Source: Acidimicrobiales bacterium
Lineage (GTDB): Bacteria; Actinomycetota; Acidimicrobiia; Acidimicrobiales; VFJN01
Direction of reading: 5' to 3'
NCBI GenBank assembly: GCA_051306055.1
Contig: JBPPMN010000362.1
Location: 1-55,769, forward strand
DNA length: 55,769 bases
This document shows, one piece after another, positions 1 to 8,812 of the stretch. The notes under the pieces were generated by a model. That model did not search any database and was not told where the DNA came from. It was given only the letters and a program-made list of their open reading frames with translations. Within the stretch, counting starts at the first letter, position 1, and each line of letters begins with the position of its first letter. Position numbers and translations under genes: made by a program.

Positions 1-1157
1 GGGTCGCCCTCAACGCGGCGCCGTTCGTCGGCCGCTACGACCCGGCCCTCACGGCGGGTCTCCTGCTGCCGGTGCTCCTGGCGGGGGCCGTCGTGGCCTT
101 CGGGCCCGTGGTCGCGCAGGAGGCGCGGTTCGCGGTCGTCGCCGGAGCCGCGGGGGTGGGCGCCAGCCTTTGGGCCGTCGCTCTGGCGGCCTCAGGAGGG
201 TGGGACCGAGTCACGGCGCCCCTCGCCACCCGCCACGAGTACGAGCCGTTCGCGACCACCGTCGTGAGCCTCCGCGACCTCTTCGGCGGGTTCGACCCCA
301 CCGATGCCTCCCTGCCCATCCACGTGCGTGGGCACCCGCCCGGCGCGGTCGTCCCGCCGTGGCTCCTCGATCGCTTGGGCCTCGGCGGCGCCGGCTGGTT
401 CGCCCTCCTGGCGCTGGCCGGGTGGGGGTTGGCCGTGGGTGCAGCCCTGGTCGCCGCCCGCACCGTGGCCGGCGAGTCCGCGGCGCGGCGAGCGGCACCG
501 GCCCTGGTGCTGCTCCCCGGAGCGGTGTGGGCCGGCACGTCGGCCGACGCCCTGTTCGCCGGCGTCCTGGCGCTGGGCGTGCTGCTGGCCGTCCAGGCCC
601 GCCACCGGGCTGCCGTCGGTGGGGGGGCGGTGCTCGGCGCCGGCCTGCTGCTCACCTACGGCGGGACGCTCGTGCTGGGGATGGCCGGCCTCCACGCCGT
701 CCTGGCTCGACGCTGGCTCCACGCTGCCCTCATCGGCGCCGGCGCGGCCACCGTGCTCCTGGTGGTGTGGGCGTGGTCGGGGTTCTGGTGGCTCGACGGG
801 CTGGCCGGCACCCGCGAGGCCTACTGGTCGGGTGTGGCCGCCAGCCGCCCGGGGCTCTATCTGACGGTGGCCGGCAACCCGGCGGCCTTCGCGGTGGCCG
901 CGGGTCCGGCCGTGCTCGCCGGCCTCTGGACCGCGGTCCAGGGGTGGCGGCTCCCGGCGTCGCGCCTCCCGCTGCTTGGTCTGCTCGTCGTGGTGCTGGC
1001 CGATCTCTCGCAGATGTCGCGCGGCGAGGTGGAGCGCATCTGGCTCGTGTTCCTGCCCTGGGTGGCGCTGGCTGCGCCCGGCCACCGCCGGAGCTGGTTG
1101 GCCGCCCAGGCGGTGGTGGCCATCGGTGTCCAGGTGCTGCTGCGGTCGCCGTGGTGA
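1..1157 (+). CDS. polytopic integral membrane protein, 5' end outside window (a GT-C-like glycosyltransferase fold is only a guess)
   Basis: Frame 3 is open from the window edge to TGA 1155-1157. The translation is a series of hydrophobic helices with strong GC3 bias. Its stop overlaps the next start (GTGA). Confidence 0.6.
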   Translation, partial: VALNAAPFVGRYDPALTAGLLLPVLLAGAVVAFGPVVAQEARFAVVAGAAGVGASLWAVALAASGGWDRVTAPLATRHEYEPFATTVVSLRDLFGGFDPTDASLPIHVRGHPPGAVVPPWLLDRLGLGGAGWFALLALAGWGLAVGAALVAARTVAGESAARRAAPALVLLPGAVWAGTSADALFAGVLALGVLLAVQARHRAAVGGGAVLGAGLLLTYGGTLVLGMAGLHAVLARRWLHAALIGAGAATVLLVVWAWSGFWWLDGLAGTREAYWSGVAASRPGLYLTVAGNPAAFAVAAGPAVLAGLWTAVQGWRLPASRLPLLGLLVVVLADLSQMSRGEVERIWLVFLPWVALAAPGHRRSWLAAQAVVAIGVQVLLRSPW

Positions 1158-1948
1158 GCCAGGCTGGTCGGGTGACCGCACCCGCTCCTGCACCGTCGCT
1201 CGCCGCTGTCGCTGTCATCGGGGGCTCCGGCTTCTACGAGCTCGGCGCGCTGGTCGAGACCGTCGACGTCGATACCCCGTGGGGGCCGCCGTCGTCGCCC
1301 ATCGCCATCGGCGAGGTCGAGGGCGTCGCCGTGGCCTTCCTGAGCCGGCACGGGACCGACCACCGGCTCCCGCCCCACCGCGTCGACCACCGGGCCAACC
1401 TGTGGGCGCTGCGCGCCGTCGGCGCTCGCACCGTGGTGGCCTCGTTCGCCTGCGGATCGCTGGTGCCCCACCTCGGCCCGGGGACGTTGGTGGTGCCCGA
1501 CCAGATCATCGATCGCACCCAGGGGCGAGCAGAGACCATCCACGACTCCTTCGACGAGGGGCCGGCCCACGCCGCCTTCGCCGACCCCTACGACGCCGAC
1601 GTGCGCGCCGCGGCGCTGCAGGTGGCGGCAGACCAGGGCGAGCCGGCCACCGATGGCGGCACCGTGGTCGTGATCAACGGACCCAGGTTCGCCACCCGAG
1701 CGGAGTCGCGCTGGTACCAGGCCATGGGGGCCACGCTCATCAACATGACGCAGTACCCGGAGGCCGCCATCGCCCGCGAGCTCGACCTGCGCTACGGCGC
1801 CGTCGGCCTGGTCACCGATCACGACGCCGGGGTGGAAGGTCGCCCGGACGTGGGCGCCGTCACCCAGGAAGCCGTGTTCGAGGAGTTCGCCCGCCACCTG
1901 CCCCGCCTGCGAGCGGTGGTGGTCGGCACCGCGGTGGCCCTGGCGTGA
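1154..1948 (+). CDS. mtnP: S-methyl-5'-thioadenosine phosphorylase (purine nucleoside phosphorylase family 2)
   Basis: Translation contains VIGGSGFYEL, FLSRHG..HRLPPHRVDHRANLWAL and INMTQYPEAAIAREL, typical of MTAP. GTG 1154 overlaps the upstream stop; an alternative in-frame GTG lies at 1172. Confidence 0.85.
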   Translation: MSQAGRVTAPAPAPSLAAVAVIGGSGFYELGALVETVDVDTPWGPPSSPIAIGEVEGVAVAFLSRHGTDHRLPPHRVDHRANLWALRAVGARTVVASFACGSLVPHLGPGTLVVPDQIIDRTQGRAETIHDSFDEGPAHAAFADPYDADVRAAALQVAADQGEPATDGGTVVVINGPRFATRAESRWYQAMGATLINMTQYPEAAIARELDLRYGAVGLVTDHDAGVEGRPDVGAVTQEAVFEEFARHLPRLRAVVVGTAVALA

Positions 1949-1958
1949 GGGCTCCACG

Positions 1959-2960
1959 GTGAGGGTGCTCGTCACCGGTGGGCTGGGGTTCGTGGGCTCC
2001 CACGTGGTCGACCTGCTGCGGCACGACGGCCACGAGGCCGTGGTGCTCGACTCCCTGGTGGCCCACGGCGGTGCGCCGCCCGAGTGGACGCACCCCGAGG
2101 TCGAGCTCCACGTCGGCGACGTGCGGGATCCGGACGCCTGGCGTCGGGCGGCAGCCGGCGTGGACGCCGTGAGCCACCAGGCCGCCCGGGTGGGCCTCGG
2201 GGTCGACTTCGCCGACGTGCGGGCGTACGTCGACGACAACGATGCGGGCACCGCCACCGGGCTCTGGGCCCTGCACCACCTGGGCTTCTCGGGCTGTCTG
2301 GTGCTGGCATCGTCGATGGTGGTCTACGGCGAGGGTCGCTATGCGTGCGCTGAGCACGGTCAGCAGCTCCCCGGCCTGCGGTCGCGAGCCGACCTCGACG
2401 CCGGCCGCTTCGACCCGCCCTGCCCCGCGTGCGGGTCGCCGATGGGATGGGTCGCGGTGCCGGAGTCGGCCCCGCTCGACCCTCGGAACACCTACGCCGC
2501 CACCAAGGTGCACCAGGAGCACCTGTGCCAGGTGTTCGGTCGCGAGCACGACGTGCCCGTCACGGCGCTGCGCTACCACAACGTGTACGGCCCCCGGTGT
2601 CCGCTCGACACGCCCTACGCCGGGGTGGCATCGATCTTCCGCTCGGCCGTCGAGCGGGGCGAGCGGCCGAAGGTGTTCGAGGACGGTGGACAGACGCGCG
2701 ACTTCGTGCACGTGCGCGACGTGGCCCGCGCCAACGTGGCCGCCCTCACGGCGGCGGAGCCCGTCGACGGCGCCCTCAACGTCGCCTCGGGCACCCCTCG
2801 CACCGTGCTCGACCTGGCGCGGGCGGCCTGCGCCGGCCACGACCTCGAGCCCGAGGTGGTCGGCGGAGGTCGGCTGGGCGACGTGCGCCACGTGGTGGCC
2901 AGCCCGCAGCGCGCCGCCGACCTGCTCGGCTTCCGTGCTGCGGAGCCGTTCAGCGTGTGA
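1959..2960 (+). CDS. NAD-dependent epimerase/dehydratase (extended SDR) with a Cys-rich insertion
   Basis: N-terminal Rossmann motif VTGGLGFVGSH and catalytic YAATK (YxxxK). GTG start. Insertion C..(26)..CPAC resembles a small zinc-binding loop. Confidence 0.85.
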   Translation: MRVLVTGGLGFVGSHVVDLLRHDGHEAVVLDSLVAHGGAPPEWTHPEVELHVGDVRDPDAWRRAAAGVDAVSHQAARVGLGVDFADVRAYVDDNDAGTATGLWALHHLGFSGCLVLASSMVVYGEGRYACAEHGQQLPGLRSRADLDAGRFDPPCPACGSPMGWVAVPESAPLDPRNTYAATKVHQEHLCQVFGREHDVPVTALRYHNVYGPRCPLDTPYAGVASIFRSAVERGERPKVFEDGGQTRDFVHVRDVARANVAALTAAEPVDGALNVASGTPRTVLDLARAACAGHDLEPEVVGGGRLGDVRHVVASPQRAADLLGFRAAEPFSV

Positions 2961-2987
2961 GTGCTGTTTGACCCAGCGCCATCTGGG

Positions 2988-4052
2988 TCAGGCGAGGGGC
3001 AGGCGGACGGTGAACCGGCAGCCGTCGCCCTCGTTGTGCACCGCGATGTCGCCCTGGTGCGCCTCCACGAAGCCCCGGGCGATGGCCAAGCCGAGGCCGG
3101 CGCCCCCAGGTGCACCCGGGGTGCGAGCGGTATCGCCCCGGTAGGCGAGGTCGAAGACGCGGTCGAGCTCGGCCCCGGGGATCCCGCCACAGCCGTCGGC
3201 CACCGACACCATGGCGTGCCCGTCGTCGGACGCCACCCGCACCTCCACCGCGCCACCGGGCGGCGTGTGTCGGATGGCGTTGTCGAGGAGGTTCTGCACC
3301 ACTCGGGTGAGCTCGCGAGCCGATGCCTCGACCTGCGGTGGGTGGTCGGCCACCTCGCCGCTCACCCGTACCCCCTTGGCGTCGGCCAGCACCGTGGCGG
3401 AGGCGACGGCGTCGGACACGAGCTCGTCGAGGGAGACCCGCTCGAGGGTGAGATCGAGCGCAGAGGCCTCGATGCGCGACAGCTCGAAGAGGTCGTCGAC
3501 CAGGCGGCCCAGCTGGACCGCCTCGCGACCGAGGCGCTCGTAGTAGGTGCGCACCTCGTCGGGTCGGTCGACCACGCCGTCGTGGAGGGCCTCCACCATG
3601 GCCTGGATGCCGGCCAGTGGCGTGCGCAGGTCGTGGCTCACCCAGGCCACCAGCTGCCGCCGGCTCCGGTCGAGGGCCCGCTCACGGGCGGAGGCCTCGT
3701 CGGCCCGCTCCCTCGCCCGGGCCAGCTCGTCGGCCAGCGCGAGGGCGGCCAGCACCCCGGCCGTGCCGGCGCCCGCCATCATCACCACCAGAGCGGAGAG
3801 GTCGTGGGCCGACACGAACATCGACTGGGCCGCGGCCAGTGCCCCGATGCCGAACGAGGCGATGGGGATGAGCGCCACGATGAGCGGGCTCTGCGAGCGC
3901 CGCAGGGCGGAGCGCCCCAACCCGTAGGCGGCCAGGGCGACCCCGAAGGACATGACGATCAGCTGCACGGTGTCGGAACCCGGCAGCCCCGCCGCCCGCG
4001 CCGAGGCCAGCGCAGCACCGAGGCCGACCAGCACCGTCACCAGCGCCCTCAC
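2988..4052 (-). CDS. sensor histidine kinase with a minimal, intramembrane-type sensor region
   Basis: H-box VSHDLRTPL, N-box LLDNAIRHT, G-boxes DGCGGI and GLGLAI. The N-terminus has about 3 hydrophobic helices with almost no extracytoplasmic loop. GTG at 4052 overlaps the regulator stop (GTGA). Confidence 0.85.
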   Translation of the reverse strand: MRALVTVLVGLGAALASARAAGLPGSDTVQLIVMSFGVALAAYGLGRSALRRSQSPLIVALIPIASFGIGALAAAQSMFVSAHDLSALVVMMAGAGTAGVLAALALADELARARERADEASARERALDRSRRQLVAWVSHDLRTPLAGIQAMVEALHDGVVDRPDEVRTYYERLGREAVQLGRLVDDLFELSRIEASALDLTLERVSLDELVSDAVASATVLADAKGVRVSGEVADHPPQVEASARELTRVVQNLLDNAIRHTPPGGAVEVRVASDDGHAMVSVADGCGGIPGAELDRVFDLAYRGDTARTPGAPGGAGLGLAIARGFVEAHQGDIAVHNEGDGCRFTVRLPLA

Positions 4053-4756
4053 GCGGTTCCCTCCCAGCGGTAGCCCACACCCCACACCGTGGCCAGCCGG
4101 GTGGGAGCTGACGGGTCGACCTCGATCTTCTCCCGCAGCCGGCGCACGTGCACCGTCACCGTCGACGTGTCGCCGTAGCGCGTCCCCCACACCTGCTGGA
4201 GGAGATCCTCCCGCCGGAAGGCCTGCTGGGGGTGGCGCATGAGGAACACGAGGAGCTCGAACTCGCGGGCGGTGAGGGGCACGACGTCGTCGGCGCGACG
4301 GGCCTGGCGAGCGGCCACGTCGACGTGGAGGTCGCCGTCGACGAAGGTGACCGGCCCACCGGTCGGCGGCGCGGCCAGCGGTCCGGTGGCCCGGCGGAGC
4401 ACGGCGCGGACCCGCGCCACCAGCTCCTTTGGAGAGAACGGCTTGGCCACGTAGTCGTCGGCACCGAGCTCGAGGCCGATGACGCGGTCGGCCTCGTCGC
4501 CTCGTGCGGTCAGCATGATCACGGGCACCGGGGCCATGGCCCGGAGTCGCCGGCAGACCTCCAGCCCGTCGACGCCCGGCAGCATGAGGTCGAGCACGAC
4601 GAGGTCGGGTGGGTCCTGGAGGGCCCGGTCGAGGGCGTCGCGCCCGTTGGCCACCGTCTCCACCGCGAACCCCTCCCGGGAGAGGTAGCGCGCCACCACA
4701 TCCGACACGTTGGGGTCGTCGTCCACCACCAGCACCCGGGTCGGCTCGTCCACCAC
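4049..4756 (-). CDS. OmpR/PhoB-family response regulator
   Basis: Receiver domain (VLVVDDDP, DLMLPGVDG, KPF) plus winged-helix output (LTAREFELLVFLM, VTVHVRRLREKIE). GTG start. Confidence 0.9.
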   Translation of the reverse strand: MVDEPTRVLVVDDDPNVSDVVARYLSREGFAVETVANGRDALDRALQDPPDLVVLDLMLPGVDGLEVCRRLRAMAPVPVIMLTARGDEADRVIGLELGADDYVAKPFSPKELVARVRAVLRRATGPLAAPPTGGPVTFVDGDLHVDVAARQARRADDVVPLTAREFELLVFLMRHPQQAFRREDLLQQVWGTRYGDTSTVTVHVRRLREKIEVDPSAPTRLATVWGVGYRWEGTA

Positions 4757-4847
4757 GAGGGCAGGCTACGGGCGGATTGCTTACGGCGATCGGAACAACC
4801 GAGCGTCGCCGCAGGGTGGGCGTCGGCTCCCGGGGTAAGAACGCTGC

Positions 4848-5471
4848 GTGGACCTCCTCGTGCTGGCCAAGGAACCGCTCCCGGGGCGGGCGAAGACACG
4901 CCTGTGCCCTCCCTGCACGCCGGCCCAGGCGGCGGCGGTGGCCGAGGCGGCGCTGGCCGACACCCTCGAGGCCGCCGTGTCGAGCGGCGCCGATCGGGTG
5001 GTCCTGGCCCTCGATGGCCGGCCCGGACCGTGGTGCCCGCCCGGGGTGGTGCTGGTCGACCAGGGGAGCGGGTCGCTGGCCGAGCGGCTGACCACGGTGT
5101 GGCGGGCCACGGCGGGCCCGGCCCTCCAGATCGGGATGGACACGCCCCAGACCACCGCCGCCGACCTCGAGGCCGCCATGGTGATGCTCGACGACGAGGC
5201 CGACGCCGTGCTCGGGCCGGCGGTCGACGGCGGCTGGTGGGCCATCGGCTTCCGACGCCCCGTCGCCGGTGCCTTCGCCGGCATCCCGACCAGCCGGAGC
5301 GACACCGGGGCCCGCCAACGCCGACGGCTGGAGGGCCTCGGGCTGCGGGTGGCGGGACTGGCGGAACGGCGCGACGTCGACACCTGGACCGATGCCGTGG
5401 CGGTGGCGGCGGAGCGACCGGAAAGCCGGTTCGCGGCCGTCGTGCGAGGCATCGAGGAAGGGCTGGCCTGA
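4848..5471 (+). CDS. DUF2064 / TIGR04282-like (CofC-like nucleotidyltransferase fold) protein
   Basis: N-terminal LVLAKEPLPGRAKTRL and internal GPAVDGGWWAIG are characteristic of the DUF2064 family. GTG start 91 bp from the divergent response regulator. Confidence 0.75.
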   Translation: MDLLVLAKEPLPGRAKTRLCPPCTPAQAAAVAEAALADTLEAAVSSGADRVVLALDGRPGPWCPPGVVLVDQGSGSLAERLTTVWRATAGPALQIGMDTPQTTAADLEAAMVMLDDEADAVLGPAVDGGWWAIGFRRPVAGAFAGIPTSRSDTGARQRRRLEGLGLRVAGLAERRDVDTWTDAVAVAAERPESRFAAVVRGIEEGLA

Positions 5472-6055
5472 TGACTCCCCAGCTGCGGACGAGCGAGGGC
5501 GCGACCATCGACCTGGAAGTAGGCCGGTGGCGGGCCGCGCCCGATGCGGCGGAGCTCAGCCTGCTGCACCGGCTGGCCGACCCCGTGCTCGACATCGGCT
5601 GCGGCCCGGCGCGGGTGCCGGCGGCGCTGGCCGCCGCGGGCCGGATGGCCCTCGGCATCGACACGGCCGCCGCGGCCGTCGAGAGCGCTGCGCGCAGCGG
5701 CGCGCCGGTGCTGCAGCGCTGCGTGTTCGGCCCGCTGCCAGGCGAGGGCCGCTGGGCCACGGCGCTGCTGCTCGACGGCAACATCGGGATCGGCGGCGAC
5801 CCGCTGGCTCTCCTGGTCCGCTGCCGCGACATCCTGAGCGCCGGTGGTGCGGTGGTGGCCGAGGTGGCGCCGCCCGGTGCGGTGACCGCGCCCCTGACCG
5901 TGCGGGTCGAGGTGGGCGACGACGCGGGCCCCTGGTTCGCCTGGGCGGTGGTGGGCGCGGATGCCTGGCCCGGTCTGGCCACCGCCGCCGGTCTGCGCCC
6001 CGACGGCATCGAGGTCGTGGCCGACCGCTGGTTCGCCCAGGCGAGACGGCCGTGA
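5471..6055 (+). CDS. class I SAM-dependent methyltransferase
   Basis: Motif I VLDIGCGPARV and post-I LGIDTAAAAV. ATG 5471 shares one nucleotide with the upstream TGA (TGATG). Confidence 0.75.
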   Translation: MTPQLRTSEGATIDLEVGRWRAAPDAAELSLLHRLADPVLDIGCGPARVPAALAAAGRMALGIDTAAAAVESAARSGAPVLQRCVFGPLPGEGRWATALLLDGNIGIGGDPLALLVRCRDILSAGGAVVAEVAPPGAVTAPLTVRVEVGDDAGPWFAWAVVGADAWPGLATAAGLRPDGIEVVADRWFAQARRP

Positions 6056-7203
6056 CCGCGACCTCGCGCTGGCGGCCCGGCGTGCTCGTGCCGGCCGTGG
6101 CCCGCCGCTTCACCAGCCCGCTGCACGACGAGCAGGTGGCCGCACGGTTGGGGGTGGCGCTGGGCGTCCTCTTCTCGACCTGTGCCCTCACCGGGGCGTA
6201 CTCGTACGTGGTGCAGCACGAGCCGGCCTGGCTCACCGTGCCCTCGCGGCCGGCCGGGCTGTACCGCATCACCCAGGGCGTCCACGTGGTCACCGGGTTC
6301 GCCACCATCCCGGTGCTGCTGGCCAAGCTCTGGGTGGTGGCCCCGAAGCTGGTGACGTGGCCGGCGGTGCGCTCGGCCGGCCACGCCCTCGAGCGGCTGC
6401 TGCTCCTCCCCCTGGTCGGCGGGGCCATCTTCCTGCTCCTGTCCGGCGTGGCCAACGTGGCCCGCTGGTACCCGTGGACCTTCTTCTTCCCGCAGGCCCA
6501 CCGCTGGGCGGCGTGGGTGACCATGGGGGCGCTGACCGTGCACGTGGGAGCCACCTGGGCCACCAGCCGCCGGGCCCTGGCGCCGGCCCCGGTCCCACCC
6601 CAGCGCCGCCGCGACCGACGGACCTTCCTGGGTGGCGTGGCTGCCTCCTCCGGCGTGCTGGCCGTGGCCGCGGCCGGGGGGACGGTGCCGTTCGTGTCGC
6701 CGGTGTCGTTCCTGGCCCAGCGCCGCCCCGGGGTGGGTCCACAGGGGATCCCGGTGAACAAGACGGCCGGCCAGGCTGGTGTGGTCGAGGCCGCCAGCGA
6801 CCCAGCGTGGCGGCTCACCGTCGGGGGAGCGGTGGCGCGACCGCTCACCCTGTCGCTCGCCGACCTGCGGGCCATGGCGCAGCGCGAGGCGGTGCTGCCC
6901 ATCGCCTGCGTGGAGGGCTGGTCGGCGTCGGCCCGGTGGCGAGGGGTCGCCGTGCGCGACCTGCTCGACGAGGCCGGGGCGGTCGACGGCGCCGAGGTCA
7001 CCGTCACCTCGCTCCAGGAGGGGGGCCTGTACGGCAGCGCCGAGGTGAACCACCTCCACGCTCGCGACCCCGACCTGCTCCTGGCCCTCGAGATCGACGG
7101 CGAGCCGCTCCACCTCGACCACGGGTTCCCGGCCCGGCTGATCGGCCCCAACCGACCCGGTGTGGCGCAGACCAAGTGGGTCACCCACCTGGAGGTCCGG
7201 TGA
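6052..7203 (+). CDS. membrane-anchored molybdopterin-dependent oxidoreductase (sulfite oxidase / MsrP-YedY-like domain)
   Basis: About 180 aa of His-containing hydrophobic helices, then QRRRDRRTFLGG, then a Moco domain (ACVEGWSASARWRGV, HGFPARLIGPNRPGVAQTKWV). GTG 6052 overlaps the upstream stop (GTGA). Confidence 0.8.
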   Translation: MTATSRWRPGVLVPAVARRFTSPLHDEQVAARLGVALGVLFSTCALTGAYSYVVQHEPAWLTVPSRPAGLYRITQGVHVVTGFATIPVLLAKLWVVAPKLVTWPAVRSAGHALERLLLLPLVGGAIFLLLSGVANVARWYPWTFFFPQAHRWAAWVTMGALTVHVGATWATSRRALAPAPVPPQRRRDRRTFLGGVAASSGVLAVAAAGGTVPFVSPVSFLAQRRPGVGPQGIPVNKTAGQAGVVEAASDPAWRLTVGGAVARPLTLSLADLRAMAQREAVLPIACVEGWSASARWRGVAVRDLLDEAGAVDGAEVTVTSLQEGGLYGSAEVNHLHARDPDLLLALEIDGEPLHLDHGFPARLIGPNRPGVAQTKWVTHLEVR

Positions 7204-7640
7204 GCGAGGCCACCCCGGACCGCCAGCCGCGCGGCTTCTGGGTGGGCCTGGCCCTCGGCGTGCCCGTCATGGCGGTCGGCGTGGTCGGCGCTCTCGACAA
7301 CGCCGGCCGCGCCCATCCGGGCGAGCTGGCCCGCTGGGTGGTGGGCAGCGCGCTGGTGCACGACGCCGTGGTGCTACCGGTCGTGCTGGCGCTGGGGTGG
7401 GTCGCCCACCGCACCACGCCGGCCCCCGCCTGGCCGGCCGTGCGATGGGCGCTGGCCACCACCGGGGTGATCGCCCTCGTCGCCTGGCCCTTCGTGCGGG
7501 GCTACGGCCGGCGGGCGGCCAACCCCTCGCTGCTTCCCCGCGACTACGCCCTCGGCACGGTGGCGGCCGTGGCGGCCGTGTGGGCGGTGGCCGCGGCGTG
7601 GGCCTGGCTCGGCTGGCGGCGGGGCCGCCTCCGCCGCTGA
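7200..7640 (+). CDS. small integral membrane protein (4 predicted helices), partner of the molybdoenzyme
   Basis: GTG 7200 overlaps the upstream TGA (GTGA). Hydrophobic translation with high GC3. No recognisable family. Confidence 0.6.
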   Translation: MSEATPDRQPRGFWVGLALGVPVMAVGVVGALDNAGRAHPGELARWVVGSALVHDAVVLPVVLALGWVAHRTTPAPAWPAVRWALATTGVIALVAWPFVRGYGRRAANPSLLPRDYALGTVAAVAAVWAVAAAWAWLGWRRGRLRR

Positions 7641-7697
7641 CCACGGCGCGACGGATCGGGAGTTGCAATGTGACAGTTGCTATGACACAACTGTTGC

Positions 7698-8525
7698 ATG
7701 ATCGAGATCGTGCTCCTCGGCACCGGCAGCCCCCTCCCTGACCCGAACCGCGCCGGCCCCGCCACGCTCGTGCGGGCCGGAGGTCGCAGCTTCCTGGTCG
7801 ATGCCGGCCGAGGGGTGCTGCTGCGCACCGCCGCCGCCGGCGCGCCACCGGCTGGTCTCACCGCGCTGCTGGTCACCCACCTCCACAGCGACCACCTCAC
7901 CGACCTCAACGACGTGATCACCACTCGATGGGTCTCGTCGTTCGCTCCGTCGCCCCTGCCCATCCACGGCCCGCCGGGCACCGCCGCGGTGGTGGCCGCC
8001 GTGCTGCGCTCGCTCGAGCCCGACGTGGGCTATCGCATCGCCCACCACGACGACCTCACGTGGTCGCCCGACCCCGAGGTGCACGAGGTGCTCGACGGCG
8101 AGGTCCTGGCCGCCGACGGCGTGCGGGTGCTGGCCGCCCCCACCGACCACCGACCCGTCGAGCCGAGCATCGCCTTCCGGATCGAGCACGAGGGTCGGGC
8201 CGTGGTGCTGGCCGGCGACACCGTGCCCTGCGAGGGCCTCGACCGCCTGTGTGCCGGCGCCGACGCGCTGGTGCACACCGTGATCCGCGCCGATCTGGTG
8301 AGCGCCATCGGCCTGCCCCGCCTCGACGACATCCTCGACTACCACTCCTCGGTGGAGCAGGCGGCCCAGACCGCCGAGCGGGCGGGCGTGTCCACCCTGG
8401 TGCTCACCCACTACGTGCCCGCCCTGGTGCCGGGGACGGAGGACGAGTGGCGGGAGCGGGCCGCGGCCCACTTCAGCGGCCGCATCGAGCTGGGCGACGA
8501 CCTCCACACCGTCCAGATCGGGTGA
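7698..8525 (+). CDS. MBL-fold metallo-hydrolase (RNase Z / beta-lactamase superfamily)
   Basis: [17 protein letters not shown]-terminus and metal motif [11 protein letters not shown]. Confidence 0.85.
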   Translation: MIEIVLLGTGSPLPDPNRAGPATLVRAGGRSFLVDAGRGVLLRTAAAGAPPAGLTALLVTHLHSDHLTDLNDVITTRWVSSFAPSPLPIHGPPGTAAVVAAVLRSLEPDVGYRIAHHDDLTWSPDPEVHEVLDGEVLAADGVRVLAAPTDHRPVEPSIAFRIEHEGRAVVLAGDTVPCEGLDRLCAGADALVHTVIRADLVSAIGLPRLDDILDYHSSVEQAAQTAERAGVSTLVLTHYVPALVPGTEDEWRERAAAHFSGRIELGDDLHTVQIG

Positions 8526-8545
8526 CCCTGTCGTAGCCTCGGGGC

Positions 8546-8806
8546 ATGTGCCGGAACATCACGACCCTGCGGGGGCTCGAGCCCGAGGCCACCGATGCGG
8601 AGGTCGAAGCCGCCGCCCGCCAGTACGTGCGCAAGGTGAGCGGCGTGCAGAAGACCTCCGCCCACACCGAGGCGGCCTTCGAGGTGGCGGTGGGCAAGAT
8701 CACCGCCGCCACCGAGGAGCTGCTGGCCCAGCTGCCGCCCCGGCAGCAGCCGCCGCCCACGCTGCCCCCGCTGCGGCGCATCGCCGCTCGCCAGGCCACG
8801 GCCTAG
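8546..8806 (+). CDS. DUF2277 domain protein
   Basis: N-terminal MCRNITTLRGLEPEATDAEVEAAARQYVRKVSG matches the conserved DUF2277 opening as I remember it. Confidence 0.75.
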   Translation: MCRNITTLRGLEPEATDAEVEAAARQYVRKVSGVQKTSAHTEAAFEVAVGKITAATEELLAQLPPRQQPPPTLPPLRRIAARQATA

Positions 8807-8812
8807 CGGCGT

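Noticed and set aside
4148-7188. Long ORFs (4148-6055 plus strand, 4519-7188 minus strand, 5556-7361 minus strand) crossing several genes
   Set aside because: Only the terminal parts of the plus-strand ORFs are coding, where they are resolved into 5471-6055, 6052-7203 and 7200-7640. The rest is low-complexity Arg/Pro/Gly sequence overlapping better-supported genes.
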